A stretch of 62,968 bases of DNA, the filler included, from Octopus bimaculoides (taxonomy: Eukaryota): the NCBI RefSeq assembly GCF_001194135.2. It is 6 parts of 6 records of this genome, joined end to end, with 100 filler letters (N's around TTAATTAATTAA, not from the genome) between each part and the next. Parts side by side here need not be neighbours in the genome. Positions count along the whole stretch, not along the records: positions 40,432 to 47,933 come from NC_068993.1; positions 48,034 to 61,051 come from NC_069007.1; 4 more parts are not named here. One strand, 5' to 3'. Under the pieces are notes generated by a model, which was given only the letters and a program-made list of their open reading frames with translations, had not been told where the DNA came from and searched no databases. A program made the translations under genes and the position numbers. Shown here one piece after another: positions 41,076 through 52,395 of the stretch; within the stretch, counting starts at the first letter, position 1, and each line of letters begins with the position of its first letter.

Positions 41076-42328
41076 CAGTGGTTGGACAAAATAATGGAAA
41101 CTCCTAGCATCATAGCATCATAATTTTGAAATATCTATAAAACCGTCAAAAGCTTGTTTATTTTTATGCTTTTTGATTTATTATTAGTGTTGCTTAATAC
41201 GTTTTGCTAAAATTGCTTTTTCTTTTCAGATATCATCAGAAAAAGGTAATTAAGATTCATTAAAATGGCAGATCTATCGAACTTTCAAAGAGCTCAAATT
41301 GTTGGTGCTCGTATGGCAGGCGCTAGCGTAATGAAAACAGCCGAAATGTTTGGTGTATCAAGAAGTAGTCTCGAAAGTAATGACAGCCTTTGAAAAACAG
41401 GGAAAAATCTTGTCGAGACAAAACTCGGGAAGAAAACCAAAACTTTCAGATAGGAAACGTCGGACTCTTACGCGAATTGTTAGAAAGAATCACAAAAGTA
41501 CAGCTCCGAAAATTACTGTAGAGCTTAATGACCATCCCAAGAACCCAGTTTCCACAAAAAACTGTTCACTGGGAGCTGCACAAAGCCGGATTTCACAAAA
41601 GGGCTGCAATCAGAAAACCACTACTTTCAAAAACAAACGTTGCAAAGCGTTTAGAGCGGAGTAAAAACCTACAGAATAGGCCCCTAGAGCAGCGGAAGAA
41701 TGTTATTTTCTCGGACAAGTAATCCTTTACCTTATTTCCGACCATCGGCCGAGTATACGTGCGGAGACAGCCAAAAGAAGCATTTGACCCAGACTGCCTT
41801 CTTCCAACTGTTAAACATGGAGGAGGATCTGTGATGATCTGGTGGGCTATAGGAAATCTGCCGGCCCAATGGTTTCCCTTCATGGCAGAATTAATAGTCA
41901 AGACTATTTAAGCATTTTATCTGATCAAATACATCCTTTGGTTGCGGAACTGTTTCTGGAGGGAAACGCTAACTTTCAGGATGTAATGCACCAATTTACA
42001 CAGTTAAAGTTGTTACTGAATGGCACGAGGAACATTCTAGTGAAGTTGAATATCTTATCTGGCCATTACAATCCCCAGATCTCTATATTATTGAACATTT
42101 ATAGTGCATTTTAGAAAAACAAGTAAGGAGTTAACATCCTCCACCATCATCACTACTAGAAATGGAGATTGTTTTAGCTAAAGAATGGACAAAAATTCCT
42201 TTGGAAACAATTCAAACTTTTTACGAGTCCATACCTCGTAGAATTCAAGCTATAATTACTGCCAAAGGCGGTCCTTCCCAATATTGAAATAAATTTTAAG
42301 GTGTTTCCATTATTTTGTTCAACCCCTG
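41076..42328 (+). mobile_element. Full-length Tc1/mariner DNA transposon (1253 bp), DD36E spacing
   Basis: TA target duplication (41074-75, 42329-30). 30-bp TIRs CAGTGGTTGGACAAAATAATGGAAACTCCT vs CAGGGGTTGAACAAAATAATGGAAACACCT (27/30). Confidence 0.95.
41265..42287 (+). pseudogene. Disrupted Tc1-like transposase
   Basis: MADLSNFQRAQIVGARMAGAS...GRKPKLS...KPLLSK...VIFSD...TVKHGGGSVMIW...FQD(D)NAP...WPLQSPDLYIIEHL...AKGGPSQY*; several frameshifts and stops. Confidence 0.92.
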
Positions 42329-42332
42329 TATG

Positions 42333-42450
42333 TAGGCGCAAGCGTGGCTGTGTGGGAAGCTTGCTTTCTAACTACATGGTTTCGGGTTCAGTCCCGCTGC
42401 GTGGTACATTGGGCAAGTTACTTCTACTATAGTCTCGGGCCGACCAAAAC
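42333..42450 (+). mobile_element. SINE family D, 5' part
   Basis: GGCGCAAGCGTGGCTGTGTGG...GGGTTCAGTCCC.CTGCGTGG...CTCGGGCCGACCAAA. Confidence 0.85.
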
Positions 42451-43220
42451 ACATACATATGAGCAGAATTAGGTAAGTCGAAATATGTTTCTCACATATT
42501 TCAACTGTTAAAAGGNNNNNNNNNNNNNNNNNNNNNNNNNNNNNNNNNNNNNNNNNNNNNNNNNNNNNNNNNNNNNNNNNNNNNNNNNNNNNNNNNNNNN
42601 NNNNNNNNNNNNNNNNNNNNNNNNNNNNNNNNNNNNNNNNNNNNNNNNNNNNNNNNNNNNNNNNNNNNNNNNNNNNNNNNNNNNNNNNNNNNNNNNNNNN
42701 NNNNNNNNNNNNNNNNNNNNNNNNNNNNNNNNNNNNNNNNNNNNNNNNNNNNNNNNNNNNNNNNNNNNNNNNNNNNNNNNNNNNNNNNNNNNNNNNNNNN
42801 NNNNNNNNNNNNNNNNNNNNNNNNNNNNNNNNNNNNNNNNNNNNNNNNNNNNNNNNNNNNNNNNNNNNNNNNNNNNNNNNNNNNNNNNNNNNNNNNNNNN
42901 NNNNNNNNNNNNNNNNNNNNNNNNNNNNNNNNNNNNNNNNNNNNNNNNNNNNNNNNNNNNNNNNNNNNNNNNNNNNNNNNNNNNNNNNNNNNNNNNNNNN
43001 NNNNNNNNNNNNNNNNNNNNNNNNNNNNNNNNNNNNNNNNNNNNNNNNNNNNNNNNNNNNNNNNNNNNNNNNNNNNNNNNNNNNNNNNNNNNNNNNNNNN
43101 NNNNNNNNNNNNNNNNNNNNNNNNNNNNNNNNNNNNNNNNNNNNNNNNNNNNNNNNNNNNNNNNNNNNNNNNNNNNNNNNNNNNNNNNNNNNNNNNNNNN
43201 NNNNNNNNNNNNNNNNNNNN

Positions 43221-43258
<38 letters not shown>

Positions 43259-43291
43259 ACGCGAATACACAAAGATATATATATTCAAATG

Positions 43292-43430
43292 CCCATAAGA
43301 CTTCCTCTCAGTTTCCGTCTTGTAAATTCAATCACAAAACATTGGGAAAACGGGGCTACAATAGGAGACACTTAACCAAGATGCCGCGTGATGGGATTGA
43401 ACCCGTAATCAAGTGGCTACAAAGTGAGAC
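43292..43430 (-). mobile_element. Degenerate SINE family D, 5' part
   Basis: CAGTTTCCGTC...AATCACAA...GAGACACTT..CCAAGATGCCGCG..GGGATTGAACCCG. Confidence 0.6.
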
Positions 43431-43516
43431 TATGCATACACACAAACACAGATTGGAGTACATACATTCACATCTTAATGACATACAGACACTCTATCTC
43501 TCTCTCTCTCTGTCTG

Positions 43517-43549
<33 letters not shown>

Positions 43550-44044
43550 AGCACGCACACACAAACACAAAGACACATACACATGTACACACGCACATGC
43601 GTTGATACATCCACTACCACACACACACAAACAAACATGCAAACATACACGTACGCACCCTGAAATATAATACACATGTTGAAACATGTAATTAGTCCCG
43701 TCAAGCACGCATGCTTAGTAGACAACGGGCACATGCACGCATGCGCACACGTATCTAAATTCAATCGCTACACTTATATACACACAGCTATTATCTATAT
43801 ATCTGATTATATACATTACACACACATAGCATTAATACAAATATATATGTATATATATATATGAGTGTGTGTGTATATATGTATACATATATGTGTGTAT
43901 ATATGTATATATATATATTATATATATATAGAAATTTACATATATGTGTGTATGTAATAACTATATATATATATACATGTATGTATAGATATACACATAT
44001 ATACGTGCATGTATATTTGTGTGTATATGCACACACACACACAC

Positions 44045-44077
<33 letters not shown>

Positions 44078-44371
44078 NNNNNNNNNNNNNNNNNNNNNNN
44101 NNNNNNNNNNNNNNNNNNNNNNNNNNNNNNNNNNNNNNNNNNNNNNNNNNNNNNNNNNNNNNNNNNNNNNNNNNNNNNNNNNNNNNNNNNNNNNNNNNNN
44201 NNNNNNNNNNNNNNNNNNNNNNNNNNNNNNNNNNNNNNNNNNNNNNNNNNNNNNNNNNNNNNNNNNNNNNNNNNNNNNNNNNNNNNNNNNNNNNNNNNNN
44301 NNNNNNNNNNNNNNNNNNNNNNNNNNNNNNNNNNNNNNNNNNNNNNNNNNNNNNNNNNNNNNNNNNNNNNN

Positions 44372-44436
<65 letters not shown>

Positions 44437-44450
44437 TATATAAGCAACTA

Positions 44451-44629
44451 CAGCGTGGTAGGTGTTTATAAGCCATTTAAAACACAAAAACCGTTAGATA
44501 CACTTAAACATTTAAGTTTAATTTGCCAAAATATTTTCGGCGCTTTGAGAGCACGACCTGTTCACTGACAAAATTCCGATGCAGCACGAATTTTGTGTTC
44601 TAAATGGCTTATAAACACCTTCCACGATG
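44451..44629. mobile_element. Tc1/mariner-type MITE, 179 bp
   Basis: TA on both sides. 39-bp TIRs CAGCGTGGTAGGTGTTTATAAGCCATTTAAAACACAAAA vs CATCGTGGAAGGTGTTTATAAGCCATTTAGAACACAAAA. Confidence 0.85.
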
Positions 44630-45564
44630 TAATTGTTTTCGTTCCAGCACACGATCTCAGATCAGGTCACTTGCTATGCAAGTACATCTCAATAATATAT
44701 ATATATATATATATATATNNNNNNNNNNNNNNNNNNNNNNNNNNNNNNNNNNNNNNNNNNNNNNNNNNNNNNNNNNNNNNNNNNNNNNNNNNNNNNNNNN
44801 NNNNNNNNNNNNNNNNNNNNNNNNNNNNNNNNNNNNNNNNNNNNNNNNNNNNNNNNNNNNNNNNNNNNNNNNNNNNNNNNNNNNNNNNNNNNNNNNNNNN
44901 NNNNNNNNNNNNNNNNNNNNNNNNNNNNNNNNNNNNNNNNNNNNNNNNNNNNNNNNNNNNNNNNNNNNNNNNNNNNNNNNNNNNNNNNNNNNNNNNNNNN
45001 NNNNNNNNNNNNNNNNNNNNNNNNNNNNNNNNNNNNNNNNNNNNNNNNNNNNNNNNNNNNNNNNNNNNNNNNNNNNNNNNNNNNNNNNNNNNNNNNNNNN
45101 NNNNNNNNNNNNNNNNNNNNNNNNNNNNNNNNNNNNNNNNNNNNNNNNNNNNNNNNNNNNNNNNNNNNNNNNNNNNNNNNNNNNNNNNNNNNNNNNNNNN
45201 NNNNNNNNNNNNNNNNNNNNNNNNNNNNNNNNNNNNNNNNNNNNNNNNNNNNNNNNNNNNNNNNNNNNNNNNNNNNNNNNNNNNNNNNNNNNNNNNNNNN
45301 NNNNNNNNNNNNNNNNNNNNNNNNNNNNNNNNNNNNNNNNNNNNNNNNNNNNNNNNNNNNNNNNNNNNNNNNNNNNNNNNNNNNNNNNNNNNNNNNNNNN
45401 NNNNNNNNNNNNNNNNNNNNNNNNNNNNNNNNNNNNNNNNNNNNNNNNNNNNTTGTAGCAGAGACAACATGTTCTTTGTCTATCTCCTTAACTTCTTGGA
45501 GATTTTAGGTATTATTATACTAATGTGTCCATCTGTTCTAATTCAATTAAATTCTATGTCTTTG

Positions 45565-45651
45565 TGCAGCTGAGGATTGCTCTGCATTTTAAATTGACGT
45601 AATGATTACATTGTTCAATTAAATGGAGTTGCATGAAACGATCGTACTGCA
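45565..45651 (+). ncRNA. Type I hammerhead ribozyme with intact catalytic core
   Basis: TGCAG-CTGAGGA-[long stem II]-GAAAC-GATC-GTA-CTGCA. Stem I TGCAG/CTGCA is 5 bp perfect. All invariant core bases are present. Palindromic ACGATCGT stem III. GUA cleavage triplet ends at 45646. Confidence 0.85.
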
Positions 45652-45669
45652 TCCTTGTTGCTTATTTTG

Positions 45670-45708
<39 letters not shown>

Positions 45709-46344
45709 ATATGTGTGTATACACACACACACACACACACACACACAAATATATATATATATATGTACACATATATAAATTCCAATACACACTCACGCAC
45801 ACACACACACATGTCTATACACATGTACGTCTATTTACATAGATACAACATCAAACATAGATATAGACATGAATACATGTATGTTTATTTACGAATTACT
45901 GTGTGTGTATATATATGTTTAGAAGCATCAATTTCACATCTACAAGTAGTACTTTAATTAGATTTTAGTTATCTTCGCTAATCTGCTTTAGTTCCTTCTT
46001 ACCAACTTGGTAGTTCTTCAGTTCTTCACTCTCTTCGAATTTCCTCGCTGCGTTCTTCAGCTCTTGACATTGATCGCCACACTAATGTAACCTGGTTTTT
46101 AAGTAAACATTCAAGTGACCCTTACACACTTCGTGCATTAGCTGTGGTCAGAAACACACACACACACATAAACACACATACGCACGCACACATACACACG
46201 CTTTAATTATATAAAGATCGAGAAACAAAAGTACATACACACACACGCATATACACACACACAGACACACAGACACACGCGCACACACCTTTAATTATAT
46301 AGTGGGGTTAGTAGGCCGCGCTCTAAACTACGCCATATGCCCAC

Positions 46345-46421
46345 GGTCGTATGGTGTAGTGGTTAAGAGCGCGGGCTACTAACCCCAAGATTCCGAGTTC
46401 GATTCCAGGCAGAGTGACCTG

Positions 46422-46489
<68 letters not shown>

Positions 46490-46498
46490 TAATAATGA

Positions 46499-46551
<53 letters not shown>

Positions 46552-46651
46552 ATAATAATAATATCGAAAAATACCTTAGGAATGAGAACCCAGGTTCGAA
46601 ATTTCCCCAAGACACCTGATGAAGGCTGGAGGGTATATCAGCCGAAACGTT
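46345..46651 (+). mobile_element. tRNA-headed SINE-like element with internal (AAT)n/(ACT)n tract and a 3' hammerhead motif; 3' end lost in a gap
   Basis: A box TGGTGTAGTGG (46352-46362), B box GAGTTCGATTC (46395-46405), anticodon-loop-like CTACTAA. CTGATGA...GAAAC core at 46616-46648. Confidence 0.8.
46611..46651 (+). ncRNA. Hammerhead ribozyme core (3' arm of stem I falls in the N gap)
   Basis: GACAC-CTGATGA-A-GGCTG[GAGGGTATAT]CAGCC-GAAAC-GTT-gap. 5-bp stem II with G10.1-C11.1; palindromic AACGTT. Confidence 0.75.
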
Positions 46652-47281
46652 NNNNNNNNNNNNNNNNNNNNNNNNNNNNNNNNNNNNNNNNNNNNNNNNN
46701 NNNNNNNNNNNNNNNNNNNNNNNNNNNNNNNNNNNNNNNNNNNNNNNNNNNNNNNNNNNNNNNNNNNNNNNNNNNNNNNNNNNNNNNNNNNNNNNNNNNN
46801 NNNNNNNNNNNNNNNNNNNNNNNNNNNNNNNNNNNNNNNNNNNNNNNNNNNNNNNNNNNNNNNNNNNNNNNNNNNNNNNNNNNNNNNNNNNNNNNNNNNN
46901 NNNNNNNNNNNNNNNNNNNNNNNNNNNNNNNNNNNNNNNNNNNNNNNNNNNNNNNNNNNNNNNNNNNNNNNNNNNNNNNNNNNNNNNNNNNNNNNNNNNN
47001 NNNNNNNNNNNNNNNNNNNNNNNNNNNNNNNNNNNNNNNNNNNNNNNNNNNNNNNNNNNNNNNNNNNNNNNNNNNNNNNNNNNNNNNNNNNNNNNNNNNN
47101 NNNNNNNNNNNNNNNNNNNNNNNNNNNNNNNNNNNNNNNNNNNNNNNNNNNNNNNNNNNNNNNNNNNNNNNNNNNNNNNNNNNNNNNNNNNNNNNNNNNN
47201 NNNNNNNNNNNNNNNNNNNNNNNNNNNNNNNNNNNNNNNNNNNNNNNNNNNNNNNNNNNNNNNNNNNNNNNNNNNNNNNNN

Positions 47282-47337
<56 letters not shown>

Positions 47338-47739
47338 CATCACGTCATCAGACATTAATGGTTTCTGGTTGCATCGATGTTTGACTAAAGAATATTTGCC
47401 ATTACACACCAATCAGAAAGTTCCGTTGGATTCTTGGGCAGTGTTTGGGAATCACCTTATCAGAGAGACAGATATATAGATATTAGGTGCATATATTGAA
47501 ACACAGTGAAGAAAACGGAAGAGATAATATTGACCCTTGTTTTCAGGTCATTGCAGGCCGGATCTATAGGGAGTTCCGCAGACATACGCGCGTACCTTCG
47601 TTTTGGGATCACCACTACTTTATAATCGTACCTTCTTCCTAGCTGTCCTGTCTGATCTCTGTCCGGCCATCGCCATGATTGACCGCTAGCTACTATAACT
47701 TTCTTTTTTTATTCTCTCTCCGTTTATTTTCTCGTGTTC

Positions 47740-47775
47740 CTTTCTGTTGAAGAGCGTAGGCGCGAAACGCAAAAC
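47740..47775 (+). ncRNA. Decayed minimal hammerhead-like motif in a PLE-type terminal repeat (~47620-47860)
   Basis: CTTT-CTGTTGA-A-GAGC[GTAG]GCGC-GAAAC-GCA-AAAC; same family as 34136-34171, with extra substitutions. Confidence 0.5.
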
Positions 47776-47867
47776 ACATTCTCACCTTCCCGAGCGTTAA
47801 ACTAATACACCTGTTTGTTGTTTACACACCAATCTTCGTCTTTTGATTTTTGTAAATTCCAACTATG

Positions 47868-47924
<57 letters not shown>

Positions 47925-48356
47925 ATATATATANNNNNNNNNNNNNNNNNNNNNNNNNNNNNNNNNNNNNNNNNNNNTTAATTAATTAANNNNNNNNNNN
48001 NNNNNNNNNNNNNNNNNNNNNNNNNNNNNNNNNAAAGAAAACGGAGAAAAAAAGGTCAACAAGTAAAAAAACAATGATGCGAGGACATGGTACATGAAGG
48101 TATTAATAAGACGCTAAATACCAATCTTGAGAAATTAGAATTCTCAAAACCAGAAAGGAGAAAGCTAATGCGAAGACTACAGATCCAATCCATCACTGGA
48201 ACTGTAAAGATCTGTAAAACTTTCCAGAAGTTTATCATTTAAATATATATATGAGCATGTTTAGATATGTAACTATATGCATGAGAATACATACATAAAA
48301 CATACAAATCTGCACATACATACACACATACATACATACATACATACATACATACA

Positions 48357-48464
48357 GTAATATCCTGTTGTTGATGTTGAAATTACAATGAAGGAGCCTG
48401 GATCTAGGTTAGGAACCGATTCTTTCTCTATTGGCACGAAATCTTGAAATAAACGGAATAATGA
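48357..48464 (+). repeat. ~100-bp dispersed repeat embedded in (CATA)n tracts, copy 2
   Basis: Aligns with 22472-22569; (CATA)n on both sides. Confidence 0.85.
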
Positions 48465-48759
48465 CATACATACATACATACATACATACATACATACATG
48501 AGCCGGATATAATTGTTTGGGACGGACTTTAAGAAGTGTCCATCGTCAAAGAGCTCAGCTGCTTTGTTGATGCAAATATCATTTTGAAAATTAAAGAGGA
48601 AGAGAAGAACTCTGGACAACTGCTTTGAAACTTCCGACTTTTATATCCACATTATAAATCCGCATTATTAACAATAATAATTGCTACATTTGGCTTTGTT
48701 AGCAAATGCCTACGTGACAATCAAGATAAGCTAGGGTTTTCGGAAAAAGAAACCATTTA

Positions 48760-49220
48760 GCTCGGAGATCGTGAAGTTTCTCCAGGTGGAGCCCCTGTTT
48801 TTCCGAAATGAGAGGTCACAGTTCCAGTATTAAGGACCTATGGAAAGAATCGCCAGAGTTTTCAAGCTGAGCAAACCTGTAGAAGACTCAGATAAAATAA
48901 TTGGATAATATCCATAGGCTCAAATGGTCACGCTTGGGGAATCCAACAGTAATTTGTAAGGACTGTTGCTTCTGGTAAGGGTTTATAGAGGAGTTATATA
49001 AGATCTCTACCCTAACAACCTGCAGAAGACCTAGAGGTAGATCAAGGATAAGATGGTTGGATAATATCAATAGACTCAAATGGTCGCGTTTGGGAATCCA
49101 GTAGTAATTTGTAAGGACAGCTGCTTCTGGTAACGGAGGACTGTATAGGACCTTAGTCTCAATTGGCCATGCTTGGGAATCCAGCCGGAAAGTGTAAGGA
49201 CCCTACGGAGGAGGTACCTG
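48760..49220 (+). mobile_element. RTE-clade (Rex3/Expander-like) LINE 3' remnant with a triplicated terminal segment
   Basis: LQVEPLFFRNERSQ..., RPRGRSRIRWLDNI and WSRLGIQ resemble RTE ORF C-termini. Confidence 0.65.
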
Positions 49221-50044
49221 AGGGCACTTATGTCTAAACACCTCCCAGAAATAGTGGGAATATCAATATATATATATAATGGAAGGTAAATGAATGGATA
49301 CAGTTAACCGAATATTTTGTCAACAGTCTAGCGATTTTATAGATTATATAATGTTTCTCGGCGTGAATCGAACTCATTTTTGCAAATGTCACAGGTTATT
49401 CAAATACCATCTATTCAATATTTACTTTATTCATTTTGGTGTATCGTCATACGAAAGAGCGCGGCCTAGTCATTCGGGTATTGCAGTTGCGCTCGAAAGA
49501 TTATGCAACATATTATATTATATCATATTATATCATATTAAATCGTTGTTATATTGTTGTAATTATATTATGTACAGATATGTGTGTCTGTTGTGTAGTT
49601 ATTCATACATGAATACAGTCTGAGAGACGGAGAAAGCGAGAGAGAGAGAACAGTGAAAGGGAGAGAGAGAGATGACTGTGAGAGAAGTATAACAATCAAA
49701 AACCAGACGATTGCAAAAAAAAAAAAGAAAATTCATAAAAATAGAAATATACTAGACAAACAAAAAAATAACGAGAAAAACAAAATACGAAGAGTACGAA
49801 AATAAAAAAGGAGCAAGAAAACAGCCACAGACCAATAAAAATATAAATCGTTTCTTGAGATAATGTTACGTAAGAGACACGGTTATTTTTATATAACCTT
49901 AACTTACGATTGTACTACTAATGTAATATATTTGTTTCTGCCTCACTCTACCTCTACATCGCTCTTTCTCCCTTTATATGTCTATATCTGTGTATATATG
50001 TGTGTGTGTGTGTGTGTATGCGTTTGTGTGTGTGTGTGTGTGTG

Positions 50045-50262
50045 TGGCAGAAACGTTAGCACGCTGGACGAAATGTGCGCAGTGGTACTTCGCCCGTCTT
50101 TACGTTCTGAGTTCAAATTCCGCGCGCCGCGCAGCGCAGTCGACTTCGCCTTTCATCCATTTCGGGTGTCGATAAAAATAAGTACCAGTTGTGTACTGGG
50201 GTCGATGTAATCGATCTACCCACTGACCTGAAATTTCAGACTTTGTGCCTACAGCAGAAAGG

Positions 50263-50302
<40 letters not shown>

Positions 50303-50303
50303 G
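50045..50303 (+). mobile_element. SINE family A copy with (ATT)n tail
   Basis: GGCAGAAACGTTAGCACGC...GTTCTGAGTTCAAATTCC...TTTGTGCCTACAGCAGAAAGG(ATT)n. Confidence 0.85.
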
Positions 50304-50344
50304 TTAATAAACCTTATGCTATACACCTGGTAGTTTACCGTTCA

Positions 50345-50468
<124 letters not shown>

Positions 50469-50726
50469 TGTATCTACTATATACTATGTATAGACATAGT
50501 TATGTATAGGTGTACATCCTCAACCACATCCCGGTCATAGCTCTCCAGCAGAGCAAATATCTAAGGATGAGGTAGGTTAGGAGGTCGAGAAATGGTTCGT
50601 CAGTTATTCCACTTAGGCAGTTTGGTATTTCCTCTCTATTTAATGTCGACCGAAATATTTCTCTCTCTCGGCTGGACTTAAAACACTGATTAAAACAGTG
50701 GTAGACTGCTACTACTACTGCTGCTG

Positions 50727-50798
<72 letters not shown>

Positions 50799-50961
50799 CT
50801 ACTACTGCTGCTGGTACAACTTTTGGTAAAAATAAACACCAATAAGAATAATAATTAGCATGGCGACTTACGAGACACATTAATTGCGTGTTTATGTGTG
50901 TGTGTGTGTGTGTGTGTACATAAAGATGCATACATGCAGACAGACATAAATAGATGAATAT

Positions 50962-51044
<83 letters not shown>

Positions 51045-51056
51045 TGNNNNNNNNNN

Positions 51057-51091
<35 letters not shown>

Positions 51092-51093
51092 TG

Positions 51094-51142
<49 letters not shown>

Positions 51143-51182
51143 CTGAGGGTCATATGAATCTATGTGTGTGAGTGTGTGTGCC

Positions 51183-51385
51183 TATGTTTGTGTGTCTGTG
51201 TTTGTCCGCCAGTACCACCAAACAACTGGTGTTGGTATGTTTACGTCCCTCTGACTTAGCGGTTCGAAATAAGAGACTGATATAATAAGTACCAGGCTTA
51301 TGAACAAAAATAAGTATTGGGGTCGATGAGTCCGGCTGAAATTCTCCAAGATGGTGCCCCAACATGGCCATGGTAAAAGACACAA
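51183..51385 (+). mobile_element. SINE family D, 3' part
   Basis: GTGTTTGTCC...GTTTACGTCCC..TGACTTAGCGGTTCG...AATAAGTACCAGGCTT...GGTGCCCCAACATGGCC. Confidence 0.75.
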
Positions 51386-51665
51386 AATCGAAGCCTTGAA
51401 AAGATTCCATCAAACTTGCCTAATGAAGATCTTAAGCATCAAGCGGCGTCAAACAGCATCTTCAGCACCAGACACCATTGTTCTTCAGCAGGACAGCACA
51501 CCCAGCAACGAAACGTCCCTCATTCGCAATCAGATGCGTAGGGCTAGGCACTTATCTAGAGTGCAGATTGACAGGTTGACTTATGAGATCTTTTGCAGGT
51601 AGTTGCAACGTGGCAAACGCCCGAGATATAAAACCCAAGAAACGTTTTATGCATGCTGTCAAAAT
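51386..51665 (+). mobile_element. RTE (BovB-like) LINE fragment
   Basis: LKRFHQTCLMKILSIK...PDTIVL...NQMRRARHLSR...LQRGKR...KPKKRF, matching the RTE post-RT motif pattern LERFHxxCLRKILxI...QLRWAGH...GKR...PKKRF. Confidence 0.75.
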
Positions 51666-52364
51666 CGAACTGTGTCCTTTAGCATTTAAACCTGCCATAT
51701 CCAACCGACATATGCTGTTTGTTTTATCTTCTAATCATCCAGATCCAGCCCATCACACCTTTCTTTCAATGCCGTTCTAAAAAATATACTATCACATCAT
51801 CGAAATATCACAGCTATGAGATAATGCATGATTAATTAAAAACAACGTGGATTAAAGAGCATTACGTTTGACAGGATAATCTGAATGCTAAGGGGTAAAG
51901 GCTTTTATATGGATGTTGAAGACTGAGAAATGATGGAAAGAAGTGTTCTGCAATGTTTGTAAGGCATTGGAAGGGTAAAGAGGTGGACAATCCATTTCTA
52001 AACGAGCAATTCGTAAACAGGACTTGATTTCAATTACCAACGCTCGTCTGTTTGCAAATGTTTACAGCATTTGTAACACAGAGTCTTTTTATCCAAAGCC
52101 GGACTTGTTGGTGATGTGAGATCTCATGACAGAATTTTCTAATTGAAAAAAATGGCCTTCGTCTGTAAAACAAAACAAACAAAAAACAAGTGACAATCAC
52201 CACATACATTTGCAAATACAGGGTGACCCAAAAGTAGGGTTTACAGTTATCACGTGGGCACTTTAAATTTCTTTTAAAACATTTTATTACATTTAAATTT
52301 CTATCTTACAAACTAAAATGGGAGCTTGACAAAATGAACTAAATTAGCATAGAATAATGATTTC

Positions 52365-52395
<31 letters not shown>

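Noticed and set aside
45965-46300. Minus-strand peptide CGDQCQELKNAARKFEESEELKNYQVGKKELKQISEDN*
   Set aside because: Weak acceptor. It lies in a segment ending in repeated (CA)n-CTTTAATTATAT motifs and is more likely part of a repeat family than an exon.
49445-49510. GAGCGC/GCGCTC stem followed by GAAA, resembling the minimal hammerhead family
   Set aside because: The 5' core reads CATACGA rather than CTGANGA and there is no convincing stem I.
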